This document shows, piece after piece, positions 15,571-29,339 of a stretch of 64,000 nt of DNA. The notes under the pieces are model-generated. The model did no database searches, was not told the origin of the DNA, and was given only the letters and a program-made list of their open reading frames with translations. The DNA lies in NCBI GenBank assembly GCA_040954595.2, contig CM082596.2, positions 8,133,024 through 8,197,023 on the forward strand, given 5' to 3'. Position 1 is the stretch's first letter; each line of letters opens with the position of its first letter. Source of the DNA: Balanoglossus misakiensis. Lineage: Eukaryota > Animalia > Hemichordata. The position numbers and the translations under genes were made by a program.

Positions 15571-16254
15571 GAAAATCAACTCAAATCAGCATCCGATTCG
15601 AGAAACGCAGCTTCGGTTACACGAAAAACACCAGCAAATCTACCCAGGAATTGTTTCTGTTCCACTGTTTTAAATAATCAAGCACAACGGCGTCCAGGGC
15701 ATAGCTGCCATCCACACACACCCGCACAAAATAACTGTCTGTATGTTCTCCAAGTCTCGAACAGTTGTGGATAGTCAAACCAGAATTTGATCACTTTGTG
15801 CATGAATTGATTATGTAACTATTTTTGTCACCCTCTACCCATATGTTTTGAATATATGCATACAACATAAAAAACATGGTCAGTGAAATAAAAACACGAC
15901 AGAAATTCTCCCCAACACTTCTTTGCCACACTGAACTTCCAACTTGTGGTTTATAATTAGGCATTAACTTTCTAAACAATCAAGCGCTGCAAATCGGGGA
16001 AATTTGCCTGATGAGATGAACATTAATAAAATAGATTGGACTCAACACATCCATTAATAGACGCAGAAGGTATGAATAAATTAACCAGCTACCATCCCAT
16101 ATCGCATCACACGTCATCAAACATGTTGTAAACACGACAACAACTCACTGTTACTGTGGTTATTTTTGGCTGCATTTGTCATACGGTAAATGCAACGTCC
16201 TCCAACCGACGTCCTGCACAAACTGAGGGTATACACTAACACAGTCTATATTAA

Positions 16255-16597
16255 AGGGACAAACTCTCTCTTGCTGCCCTTTTTTTCATTATTTATATTT
16301 GATAAGAGACAACGTTTGTTATTCTACATGTGGATATATAGTGAATGAACGTTCAACCACACACAACTTCCTTCCCTCTTATAGACAGGAGAGTGAAAAA
16401 ACTCGCCAAAATGACTAATCGTTCTTTACCATTTATTCATTTTGTGCGAGTTTTTACTCTCATATCCTACAAACTTGATGGAAGTTGTGTGTGGTCGAAT
16501 GTTGATTCACCATATATCCACATGTAGAATAACAAACGGTGTCTTGTATCAAACATAATTAATGGAAAAAGGCCAGCGAGAGAGAGACTTTGTCCCT
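16255..16597. mobile_element. Kolobok/T2-like MITE family A
   Basis: TTAA TSD; AGGGACAAA(G)TCTCTCT termini; long imperfect TIRs; same family as 41639, 44262, 44706, 53359. Confidence 0.9.
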
Positions 16598-18026
16598 TTA
16601 AACACAGCAGTTAGCCGTCACTCACAACCGGACCCTATTGTCACATCAGCTCATCCTGGGGCAGTTCTGACACGTTGCACCCATCGCTCTGCCCGTGTAT
16701 TGAGCACGCAGCAATTATTTTTATAAATAGTAATGCATCATCTCTCCAGGGAAATTGAAATTTTTTATTTTGCTCTGCCCCTGAAATTCTGTGTCCTTGC
16801 TTGCGCTGTATTGATAAAACGCAGCTATTTAAAAAAAAAAACACAGAACAAAACAGTATAGCCACTGAGGTTGAGAATACATTTTGTATACCTATCAGTA
16901 AGCTTATTTAAAAGGCTTATTTAAAGAGTGGTAGCTACTGGGGCTTTAATTAAAGGGGCCCTTTTCAATCCTGATTCTTGATGTAGGATAAAGCTGTTAG
17001 AGAACATGGATGGAAGTTTGAGCATGGACATTTCATTTATAGATCTGTATTCTTTCAGGGTTTTTTTCCTGTTAATACATGACAATTATCTATCTCCATG
17101 ATCAAAAATTGTTGATAGAATCTTCTCAAAGGTCGTCGTTTGACTAGCACAAGGCTTTCACCCCTTTTCCCACTGAGTGGTTCCACCAACGCAGTTGAAA
17201 ACACTTGGATCAAACCAAAAGAACACTAGTGAAAAGGTGGGCATCACCTGCTGTATATCCCTTCCTCATATTACGTTGCTGGTGTTACGAGACATTTGGA
17301 ATGGACGGGAGCTGGGTTGCATCAATCAGGCTATTGTACACAAATTTGAATTATCACGTTTGTTTCAAGGTCAGCTGGAGGGAAAGCGTCATCTATTTAC
17401 ACCTGCATCAGTTATGTCAGCAACGGGGAGGGATGGCAGAACATGGAAGAGCCTATGAATGCATAATTATGACTGTTTCAGAGTTGTGCTTGATTAATAC
17501 ATGTATGTGGCATGGTACAGAAGGGCTTCGGGGGAGGGGTACTTTCACATTTGCCAGTACATGTATACATGTGCCTTCCATGGGGGTGGGTTTTCAATAA
17601 TTTGGTCTAAAATGGGATTTGCAAAATTCACTTCAAAATCGGGGTAACACTTCCATCAGTCTGTTTCAACAAGTTTTTTCCTCCTTATAACGCAACTTAG
17701 CATAACTATGTAATGTGTGCAAACCAAAGGTTAAGTGCAGTGTAATTGCCCCACAATGGAATTCATTCATTCACACATTTGCTCTGAAATGGGCGATGTT
17801 GTTAGGGGGTTAAAAAGAACTAAAATAGGGTCTGGGGCTTTAAGTAGCGCCCAAACACCAATACCACATATCTTATGACAGATACTGGGGTACCCCCTCT
17901 CCTAGTCATAGGTGCCATAGAAAATAAATGGGTGCATGATTGGCGGGGGCAATACTACAGCAAAGGTTTTACCACCAACGAACATTGAATGAAAATAAAA
18001 GTGTGTTTCCTTCTGCAAAAATTGTC

Positions 18027-18094
18027 ACTTTATATTGTCTGTTTCTCATTGTCTGAGTCAACTTTATATTGTCTGTTTCTCATTGTCCGAGTTA
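18027..18094. repeat. 34-bp tandem duplication
   Basis: actttatattgtctgtttctcattgtc(t/c)gagt(c/t)a twice in tandem. Confidence 0.85.
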
Positions 18095-20238
18095 ACTTGG
18101 CCCAAGAAGAAAATAACATTTTATTAACAGACAGTTTCTTTTCTAACATAATAGCCAATATGATGGTATCACTGACATACCCAGGGCACTGAATGTCGTG
18201 TTGGCCAGTTCCAAAATAGGAGTGGACTTAAGGTACCTACATAAAGATATATAATGAATAATTACAAATTGGAATGAGTTGGTTATATACGCTGGTAGTG
18301 CAATATTTTTAGTTAAATTCAATGAATATAAATTAAAATAGCGTCAAGGACACTGTGGTCCCATTTAGGGATTACACACAAAAGTCTACTTTGTCCCTTT
18401 AAAACTAGGATAAAATATGACTCCAGTAAATAGCCACATATTGCTTACTTATTACAAAAGGTTTGTAAATTTCCTCCTGAATTAACCATGTCAGTTGCAA
18501 ACATGAATTGACACATGGCGGCAAACCGGCAAAAACAACAAATCATACAGCGAGATGTCTGGTGGTCTGGTCTAACCAATTTATATGGAATGACGAGATC
18601 TGTCTTAGCAGCAGCTATTGCTTTCACTGCTGACGTAATGAATCCAATGTAAGACTGACTGTTCTGCACCGTACTGTAATATCAAGTGAGTTCTGGCAGA
18701 CAAACTTGCAAGTACAAACTGTACATGTATACAAGAGGGCTCCCTCAGGAAACCACCTCTCAGCAAATGGAACATTTAGTCAGTTGTAATACGTTTGTAC
18801 AGTACATTGGTCACGCACGACACACACACAGAAAGATCGAACTGTTAATGTTGAAATATAGCTTTTTTGCCCATTTTATTCTTTTCATGCATAAATCAAC
18901 AGGATATACAAATGTAGCTAGTAAACATCATCTACATGACCTATTTACATTTAATCTAATCCCACAGGATGCTATTTTTGGCAGATTGTTTCAACCACGT
19001 GCAATTTTTAGAATACTAATCTTTAAAACCAGAAACAGAGATGCATGTAAAATTTCCACCATTTGATGGATTGACCATGGAAGTAAAACAGATGAGCCAG
19101 AAATATATGTACATGTATTTGTTTACTACTGAACAATTATGTGTACAAACATTTTAGCAGTGTGACATCTCATACAAAAATCAAGACTGTGAAATTTTGA
19201 GTCTATCCTGGAGAATACAAAAATGAAACTCTCTTGAAATATGGAGCATCTCGTGTTGGCTTTGTAGACTATGTCTCTAATAAAATGGATTTTGCCTTCG
19301 GCAATAGATTTCTTTGCGGATAAAACTTCAATTTAGTGAATTTTCCAAACTGCATGCATTTTAGATGAATTCATACATGCATTTATCATTACAATGAAAT
19401 GGAACTATGATTTATGTATGACTGACGCAATTCGTGTCTGAAAATATCAACAGACCATAAAATGCAAAGTTCGTTTTATATCTATTTTGCAAACAAAACT
19501 TTAAAAGACAACATTTTCTTTCACTGACTTCCAGAGGAGCACTTATGCCCTGCATAATAACGTAGCATATTTCATGAATGAAATACAATTCATATTAATT
19601 TCATATTGGTTGGCTTATGAGGAAAGTTCACGTTCGTGGAACGCAATGATTTTAAATGTTGTTAAAGTGCTTCTTTTAAAAGTGCAATAATTCATAGTGC
19701 AAAGGAACTGATCATCTATGATAGAAATATAAGTTTGGCGATTCACATATGGTAACAATTGAAGGGAGGTTTCAGTTTAGTAGTGGTCTTTCAGGTTCCT
19801 CACTAAGCCCCATTGTTGACTGCATAACAATGACCACAGCATATGGCTGACAATCGAAAGAATTCAGCCAATGTCTCTCCAAAACAAAAAATAATAGATT
19901 ACATATGCCATGTCCTACTGTAGCTACTGTTTTCATTTTTACAGCATTCGCATATTTTTTACCATTTTAAACTCATTTCTGACAGCTTCTCACACAGATC
20001 AAAATGGACTCTATCATAAAACATATTACCGTAAGATGAGATCACAGCTCTCATGCCACTCAGCTGAGTTCGATAGTTTTGAATTAACACTGACGAAACA
20101 CAGCACACCATGCATAAAAACTAAAACATAATATTGTATAAAGCCAAATTTTCATCAGCGAAATTCCTGAAATTTCATCACTCCTGTAACTATGTGAGGC
20201 AGAATACAAATGCATTAAACCTCGAATTCCGTACTAAC

Positions 20239-20292
20239 CTGGTTATCTTTCACCTTACAGGGAGGTAACCCCGCTGTGCTACTGTCTGCCAT
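20239..20292 (-). CDS. CACNB: Candidate alternative first coding exon of CACNB (MADSSTAGLPPCKVKDNQ)
   Basis: Strong Kozak ccaccATGg; 18 open codons; phase-0 donor CAG|gttagt. Confidence 0.5.
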
Positions 20293-23200
20293 GGTGGACC
20301 CAAAACGTAACACCTCTCACTCAGTGGCCTGACTTGTTCATATTTTCATACATCAGTACAACTTTACATATTATCAATTGTCAGTACGGCATGTCGAAAC
20401 ACGCATGACGTTACCATTACAGTGAACACAGTCTAATCCCACTTCGATTGTGAATACAATTAAACAGAAACTGAAATGAACTATGAACTGGTTCCTACAG
20501 TCATTTAAGTTTCAAAAGGGGTATTTATCAGTAATTTCCGGCTATATTTTAGCGTGTTTTGTTTCATGTATCAATTACACACTCTTGTTCTCTTCCATGT
20601 AGCTATGCCCGTATACCCACTTTCCTGGTCATCTGCATACAATTACTATTAGTCATCTAAATATATGTCCCAACCATTGTAATTCTTGACAAATGCATTC
20701 AATTCCTGACTCAAACACAATTTTGTTTTAACAATTCGACAATGATATTAAATTCTGCTATAGGGAGCTAAACAAGCACCCAGGGTCGGTACACAGCACA
20801 AAAATGACTGAAAAAACACAGTCGAAAGTTTCAGATAGTGGAGCTTCAAACAAGCCAAGGCTGCCTGGCAGATGAGTGTTTGTGTCATGGCAGGGTTGAC
20901 AGATTCAATTGTTTGCTGCCCTCAAGAGACCAGAATTCAGAAAACTGCCTTTTTTATTCCAATGAATCGTTTCAAATTCCAAGCCATTCCAGGAACATAC
21001 ATATATAGCCCCAGTAAAAAATTACACCAGGAATACACAGTTATCAAAGAACCAGAAACATTTACTTTCAAAACAGAGTGTATACAAAATATGGAATGTA
21101 ACTGTTTAACAAACATTTCCCAATCATTTTTTCAGTCTTTGATATTGATGTTGCTGAGTGGAATCATAACAAACCATGATTAATTGCCCATTGACCAATC
21201 AACAAAATGTCCTAACCCATTTCCTGTGTACACAAAGAATCAATTAAATTAACTATAAAGACCTTCAGAAAATATTATGTTGCTGATTACAGTATGTGCT
21301 TCTTTGTATATTAAAAAGACCAGCAACAAACAGACAATATCAAATTACCTCTCTGTTTTGAAAAAAAGCATGATCTCCCATAATCTGATAGCATGTATGT
21401 ATTTACCAGTTGTAGAAAATGAAAAATCTAACTTCATTCGCTCAGTTTTAGTTCTGTCAGAGTTTAGAGAATGCTTTGAAACAGCGATGGCAAGTCTTGC
21501 TCCACTTCACATTCAGAAACATTTTTTCGCATAAAATAAAGTTGATGTCCAATCCTTTTTTGAAGCGTTTTACAAAAACGGCAGCAGAGCTTTACTATCA
21601 CTGTTACCAAAAAACATGTGAAATGCAAATGACATTTTTCATGTTCTTATTCTTGTGAACTTTACTCAGTCATTTAGGACACAGAAAGACAGTCTGTGTT
21701 TCGATTTTATTCAACAGCCCCAAATATAGCAGATAGTGTCAATTTTTAGGGTGTTTTGCACACTTAAAAAAATCAATGTGACTATGATTGTTATCAGGGA
21801 TTGTTTCAAGTGCTAGATGTATGACCTTGAGAAAACTTTGGCAGAGAGCCATCTTTGACAATTCAGCAGCAGATGGGCTTCAATGACATTCATTTAATTA
21901 AGAGTGAAACCATGGAGATTCTGTAACAGAGTCTTGAGAGTGTTGATTCATCAATGCTGGGATAATGACTGACAACCACGAAGGCCTACGAAGAGTTGTA
22001 TTGTATCTGATGGACTTCTGACCTGATCCAAAGTGTTTTACTGAAAAGAATTTCAGCAGGAAGGGGGAAATATGGCACAACTGAAGTCCAAGTCTGTTAT
22101 ACATTCTCAAATAGATAAAGAAATTAATTATTGTCTCCCCCCCCCCAACTTATGCACTGTAATTTACAAACTTGAACACTGGGGGCGCTGCACAGCCCAA
22201 ATAAACAAGCGTAAATGAGACAGTAAAATTTTAGTACAGCCACCGACTCCTATTTTCATCACCCAAGATTTGAATGTCAACAGAGCGCAAGCTGCCCATA
22301 CAAAACAATCATGTCCAAAGGGTTCTGTCCTGTGTTGTATGAAAACATCCCAAATAAAACAATATTTTTATGGTTACTAAGGTAACTTAAACATTTAGAT
22401 ATTTGTAATCACGCACAGTTGGAAAATGCTGGTAGACAAGTTAATGGCGCAGCACCAACAACCATGTAAGTATTTCACCTTCAAACTCTCATGACACATC
22501 CATGTTCATCTTCTGCTATAAAAACCCCTTATCGTCTGTACGATAAGCTCTCCCCCCCCCCCCCCCCCCGCACACACACACACCTTCCCATGATGCACTG
22601 CATTACATAAATCCTGAAATGTAAAACCCAAAAACACCTGTTTGACTTCACTCACGATCACATCCCACTGACAAAAAAAAGATGATTGCGCAACTGAAAC
22701 TGCCATCACTTCTACTCAGTCACCGAACAGCTGTACACAGCTGTACAAAGAAAGATAACCAGACACTAGACAATGTAAAGATAGAATTTCTAAGTATCAC
22801 TTACTTTGTTTTATTCATACTTCCGATTTAACTTGGGGTATTATAGGTACCTCTATAAAGATTTTATTTTATTTTCATGGTATGCTTTTGAAAATTGAAG
22901 AAAATAAGGACAGTAAAACCTGTCTAAAACAAACACCCAATGACTATAAAACTTTTCAGAAGTGTTCAGTTCATAAAGTGTCTTGCACCATGATATTCTA
23001 TGTGGAGAGGACTGAACAAGGTGTTTGGTATAAAACTGATTTCCACATAAGACAGTTTTGTTTAGACAGGTTCCTCTTTACATAACTTTGAAAGTTTATA
23101 TGACTATATGACAGATATGGACAGGTAAACCTACATGTATATAGTCTGCGAAGAGATGTTATACCAAAGAAAGAAAATAGGAATTACCTTAGATTTCTCA

Positions 23201-26200
23201 AATGAAACATAATGAATGATGAACATTTTCACTATCACTATTTGAAACATTTGTCAATTTGCAGTATTGCGTACACATGTTACCATCCATCTTGTCTACA
23301 AGTTTATCCACTTACAAATCATTTAATGTCAGGCCTATTAAATCTCACCCAAACAACAGCTGTTCAATATGCTCTTAGTATTTGTTTTTATGACTGGCAA
23401 ACTCAAGAATTCTGTCGGTCCCCAGTTTTACCTCTATAGACGTCCAACTTAACCATAGTGTTTCAATTATCGTGCAAATTCATACAAAGTTGTGGTGCTA
23501 CGTTTTAGGCATTCTGAGCCATAATGAAAACGGTGCAGCTAACAACATACAAAATCCACTCCATTTTGAGGTTGGTGTAACTATATATCTGTGTGGAGGA
23601 GGTTCCAGTATAAGAAAGTTAAAAGCATAGATTCTTTGTCACAGTTTTGTACTTCCAAACTTTGTTTATGAGAGCTGGGGCGGCCCCTTGAGATACAGCA
23701 CTTCAAGTGTCTCAGAAACACTGTGAAGGTATTTTTATGGCCGTGTGTGCATGTACTACATGACAGATTTGTCATTTGTCTACTTCTCTCTGAAAGGCAA
23801 TATCTACAGTACAATCCTTCCTGTTAACACAAACAGTTGTTAAAATATTACAGACCGGCCAACTTTTCATGTCCTGGTCAAATCACTACAACTAGCACAC
23901 ATGTAGTTCATGACACTGAAAGTTCCACATCTTCAGAGCACTGCATTAGTATCAGAAACAGAAACATCAAAGTCTTAGATTAGTTACTATTTACATGACA
24001 GACAATCCACCTTTTGTGTTCGTCCATGATCATTTTGGATTAGCCATTTCAACGCCGCAGTCAACTTGTCGTCTTTAAAAAATAAACCTGCAAAACTGTT
24101 TCAACATTTTTTCTCAAATTTCGATTCAGACTTGCAGAAAATGGAAAATTATGCGCACTAGGTCTAAAATTAAGGGAAAACATTACAAGAAAAATGGGTG
24201 AAATTGTTAATTTTTTGAGTTTGACAGAGAAAGTGTTCAAAAGAATCAACATTTGCCAGTGGTTTTATTATTAGTGCGGGTACCCAGGGTAAATGTTACC
24301 TGGGTTTCCCAGTCATCTTACCAGGGTTCCCCTTAGTATATCAATACAGTCATATTAATGGATAGCAGAAGTGTTACCGTGGTTCCCAAATCATTTACCA
24401 CTGTCCTCCCAACCTTATAAGCAGAAAGCAATGTTTGGCGAACAAAACTACGCGCCATAATAGAAGAAATCCAGCACCGTCCTTTTGTGACAGCATTAAC
24501 ATTAATAATAGAAAGACCATTATAGTCTAAGTAAACGTGTCTATCACTGGTAATGGAATGAACTGTGTTAATCATCCCATGTTTTGTTCACATCTGTCTT
24601 GAGATTTCTTCATCATTTACCGAACTGTCAGGTGCCTGTTTCTCCCGCAGACTAGGTCTGCTTACAACTCCCATCACGTATGTCAATAATGACAACTTCT
24701 GGGCTCTCATTTGAATGGACACCTTTTTTCCGTCTCGGTTAGAAAATAATCCAATTTTATTGGCAAGAGCAGTACTTTTCCACGACATCTCCATTAGCTT
24801 GAACTTTTGGCAATTTTTGTCAGCTTTTTTCCGTTCTAGTCCTGTACCATGCCAACATGTCCAACTGAAAATTTGAAGTCCAGAGTTTAATCCTATTTTC
24901 AACAATAATACACCGACTGTGGTTGTAGAGCTTAAATTCAGTATTACATAATGCTTCAGGGACTTGGATAAGAAACTGCACTGGATACAGAATAACAATA
25001 CCAAGTACTTCACAATTCAGATATTTGAATTTTAGATTTTGCAAAGAGATTTTCGGAAAGAAGACATTCCGATCATCTATACTTTTTTTGGCATTCTGCA
25101 AGTAGCCAACAAACAACAAACTAATAAAATCTACAATGCATCACAGAAATATTTGATTCCTTCAAGAATACAGTCACACCCATTGGACCTGATAAGAGAG
25201 CTCACTTCCTATTTACTTTTAAAGCACTTTACATTTTCTTGATAGCGGGACAATATTTTTCTTGGGACACTCTGTGAGGATAACCAGTTCAAGGTAATAT
25301 CATGGTCATTAAAGACTGTTTGTAGTCAATTTGTGAAGCACAAAAAACTACAGGTGGGATATGTATTTTTCTGGCAAAGATATTTTACTTATGTTGAGTG
25401 ATGCCTAGTTCCCAATATGCAACATTCAATATGGCTACCATGTACAAAGAAAGGGATTGCCAAATTACAATCAACATGTATTATTTTGATTTTTCAGTTT
25501 CAAATGTGGATTTTCACAATTGTATCCTAAGTTTTGGAATTTACTGTCCTCCAATCATCTTCACATGAAAAGATTCATAGATTCTGAGCAAATATGACTA
25601 CATACATACATCATGTATGCAATTGTAAGCACATTGTGTGATTTGTAGATTTTTATTTGGTGACTACCAAACAACAATTTAGGTTTCACATAAAACACTA
25701 AATGGTAAACTATTTTCAGTATACCCAGTACATACATTTGTATTGACCTAGCATTTTGGAATGTAGTGAAGGACTACGACCTACATGTAAACACGCTATG
25801 TGATATGGGATCACTGTCCCAACAGGTTATACACTCATGCTTTCCTTTCTAGTACATCACACAGATATTTTTTTTCAAATAGCTAAAAAAATATTTAGCG
25901 CTGCAGAAATTCTTTCTAACTGGCATCTCTTGAGAACAATAACCCAGAACAGACAATAATAAGTCATTTCCATACCCCAAATGACTATATTATCTTAGTA
26001 TTAACCCCAATGATGCTATATCCTCGTATTACGGTACTGTATTCGTAATATGGTATTAGGTTGATGAAATTCAACATTTTCGTGCAAGGTACATGGACAG
26101 TTTTGGCTGGAAATAAGTAACAAGTATCAATTTAGTACAGAATTCAGCTGCATTACAGAGTCTTTCTAGAGTATTTTCCACCAAAATGATGGACTCCTAA

Positions 26201-26319
26201 CAACGCAAATACAATGCAGGCTGCAAGGTCATGTCAATGTCATACATTAATAAATTCATAAAGTGAATCTCGGGTTGGGCCTGAAAATTCCCTCCAGAGA
26301 ACACTGGCAAAGTTATTAA

Positions 26320-26406
26320 CCCTATCACCTCCATGGTTCAGTCCAAACCCATCGTTTTCTATACGGTAAAGCTGGACCACTACAGAGGGAACTGGGGGTG
26401 AAAGGG
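26320..26406. mobile_element. piggyBac-like MITE family C
   Basis: TTAA-CCCT start, AGGG end, family core sequence. Confidence 0.7.
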
Positions 26407-29008
26407 GTAAGTACCCACATGCATTTAAAAAAAGAAACCTTAAAACAGGCACTTGCAAGCAAGCAATTACTGTGGTATGAGGGAAATTTGACATCTCCGT
26501 CGGTGAAATGCATTTAGATTGGCAGACGGGAGCGTTCACCTCAGTCTTTGGTCACCACAACTTTTCAGGAATGCAACAGAAGTTATTGACAACAACATGC
26601 CTATGGGATGTTTTGTAGATAAGAGGCAGGGATTTTAAGTATGTGAACTTGAATCGTGCTGCTGTGTGTCACCAAGTGGCCTGCAAGTTCAAAGCCAAGA
26701 CCCTGTAGAATTACAGCCCTACTGCTAAACCTGGAATTCTGATTTTACTTTAAACATATTTCGAGCAGTGACACTGACAGAATCAGAAGCAATGATAATT
26801 ACATGTAATACTATAATTACCTACATCAGTATACAAATTTTGCCCCAAATAAATTTCTAAAAATTCCAGTCCATATTTTTTTTCTAATTTCAAAGCATTT
26901 CCCCTTGACAACATCCCCCCCTCCTCCAACAAACAACGAAGTCAGACTGGGAAGCACATCTCATCATCATGTGACTTGTCTCAAGATAATTACTGCATCT
27001 ACGGATGGCCAACTCCAGAAAATTTAATTCACCTTCATATTTAAATTTATGAACCCCAACCCCCATGAGTGAAGCTATGTGCTCATACCACGATAGTTGA
27101 CTCTTGCAGTTAGTAGGTGAATAAACAAGTTCAGCACCCGTTTATTATTTAACAAGTTCAAATATTATATGAACAGACACAATCAGAGGTTGATTTTGTG
27201 TTTGTGTATACCCATCAGTTTGATCATTTAAATGGACTGATCTACCGGAAAGTAAAATTATGAAAAATAATGCGGAAAAAACAGCAGCTGTTGGGGTTTT
27301 AACTTTTCAAACTTGTCGACTGTAGACAAGGATTTCAGGTTTGCTGTGACACAAATTACAACGATCAGTTATAACAACCGACTAAGATTACAATAATGGT
27401 GAGTCACTGACTGTACAAGAGGTTAACAGTGGACAAAGATTTCTGGAACTTCTGCGATGTAAAAAGGTCTTAGACATTCAAGAATCTGTGTACAGCTCCG
27501 TGTGTTCCGTATACATCATCAAACAACACTTGTGGTCTAAGTCATGCCTTTGAAAAAATCTTGGGGTGCAGAAAAAGGGGATGGAGATTGGTCTCTCAAG
27601 TATACTGACGGATAAACCTACTGTTTTGCATTGGATTAAGGCAATAAATTAATCTGAAACACATCTGGCATTGCATTTCTTGCATTGCAAGTGTGGCTAA
27701 GACACCAACAGTAAGATGTGCGACAATGCTTATTGTCCTGTACAGAAAAGGGTTACATTTCACCTACAGGGTTCTCATGGTTGGATAGGAAGCTGAAAGT
27801 ATAACATATGACTCTCCTTTGTAATAGAATTCCAATGACTCTACTCATATTTGCTATTACTGGTGTATAGCGGGCTTTGATGACATCACTGTCAAGGGTG
27901 TTTGAATCTCACATGCCAACTGCCAGGAGTGACATCATCACAATATGTGTATCAGAAACAGGAAGAGGTTGTCCATGATAATGTCAGAATGCGCAAGTCA
28001 TGATGAAGTTTGAGGTGTACGACAATGGGTGGTGTCCATCGATGTTCGTGTGTGTGTCACTGTGTGTGAGACCACTCACCTCACACACAGAGGTGATGAC
28101 ATCAGTACTGCAAGTGATACACCAGCCAAGTAACGATGGAAAAAAAATGGTGGTATCCATGACAACAGAGAAACGGTCAATCAAGAGCACTGATGGCCTT
28201 ATTTCTTGGGAGAAGCATTTAGCAGCAATGAATGAATGAAACAATATTCAAAGAGACAAACTACATGTAGGTCTTGGAATACAGATTCCAGACCACATGG
28301 GCGCAATCTGAATTCTTCAGCTATTGGCATTAGTCTGGAAGAATGAGTAACAAGTGAATAAAGACTTGTGAAAACATCACCTTTATCTCATTTAAGAAAA
28401 TCCTACCCATTTAGAAATTCCAGATTATGTGAAAGACTTCTCTGAGAAAGTACTGATTACTAGGAATGAAGCCGGTGGCACAGTGGGCCGATAACAGATT
28501 TAGGGTATCAGTCACCGATGAACAGTAAAAACTATGCAGTATTGCGAGTCAGGTCACTCACAGAGCAAAATGTGAAATGAGAAAGTACTGCCCGGGGAAC
28601 AGCCGATATCTGATGAGTTTTACACTGTAGGGAGATTGCCTACACAGTACCCTGTTCATACCAGGCTATCAGATGAAATGAAGAGCGACATTACATTACA
28701 GGTCAAAGGTCAGGGGTGTCTCATACCATACTCTTCGAGGCAGGTAAAAGCAACGCTCGACGTCAAGTCAGCTTTGGTAAGAGTATCAGCCCCAGACTGG
28801 TTACCGTTTCGGGCGTTTTTGTAATCAGAAAGTTTCTCAGAGGAGTGGAGCAGCCCGCAGGGTCAACTTGAAATCTTCAGCATCTGATGAAGTGTTCTCG
28901 CAAAAACCAAGAAGCTAACCACGTTTTTCTCCTTTGCCACATACGATTTGGCCTGACTGAATACGGTAAATCCGCGAACTCTACAGAAAACAGGGTCGTT
29001 TAAGTTTA

Positions 29009-29098
29009 CCCTTTCGACGTACCCCCAGTTACCTCTTTAGAGGTCCAATCTTACCATAGAAAACAATGGTTTTGGACTGAACCATGGTGGTGAAAGGA
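29009..29098. mobile_element. piggyBac-like MITE family C (opposite orientation, diverged)
   Basis: Reverse complement of the family C core: tagaaaacaatggttttggactgaaccatggtggtgaaagg. Confidence 0.65.
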
Positions 29099-29261
29099 TT
29101 AAACATAAAGCATCCACCTGCATCTTATTTCAGCTGTCATTTGCAAGGGCAAGGTCACATCTCTGCCATTTGCTTGTGTTTGTTTTGTGATAATTATCAT
29201 AATATGTTCTCTGCGGCTAATTAACCAAGGCATGCAAGCCTAATAGTTGATGAAACCTTAC

Positions 29262-29339
29262 CAGAGTGGATAAAACTGTATTACCACATGAACACTGCCC
29301 TATGATATCCAACATGGATGAAAATTCCACACTATCCAT
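29262..29339 (-). CDS. CACNB: Candidate alternative first coding exon of CACNB (MDSVEFSSMLDIIGQCSCGNTVLSTL)
   Basis: Kozak gccATGg; 26 open codons with a second in-frame ATG; phase-0 donor CTG|gtaagg. Confidence 0.45.

Noticed and set aside
27130-27150. TTCAGCACC, possible REST/NRSE site in a neuronal gene
   Set aside because: Only the left half-site; no GGACAG half.
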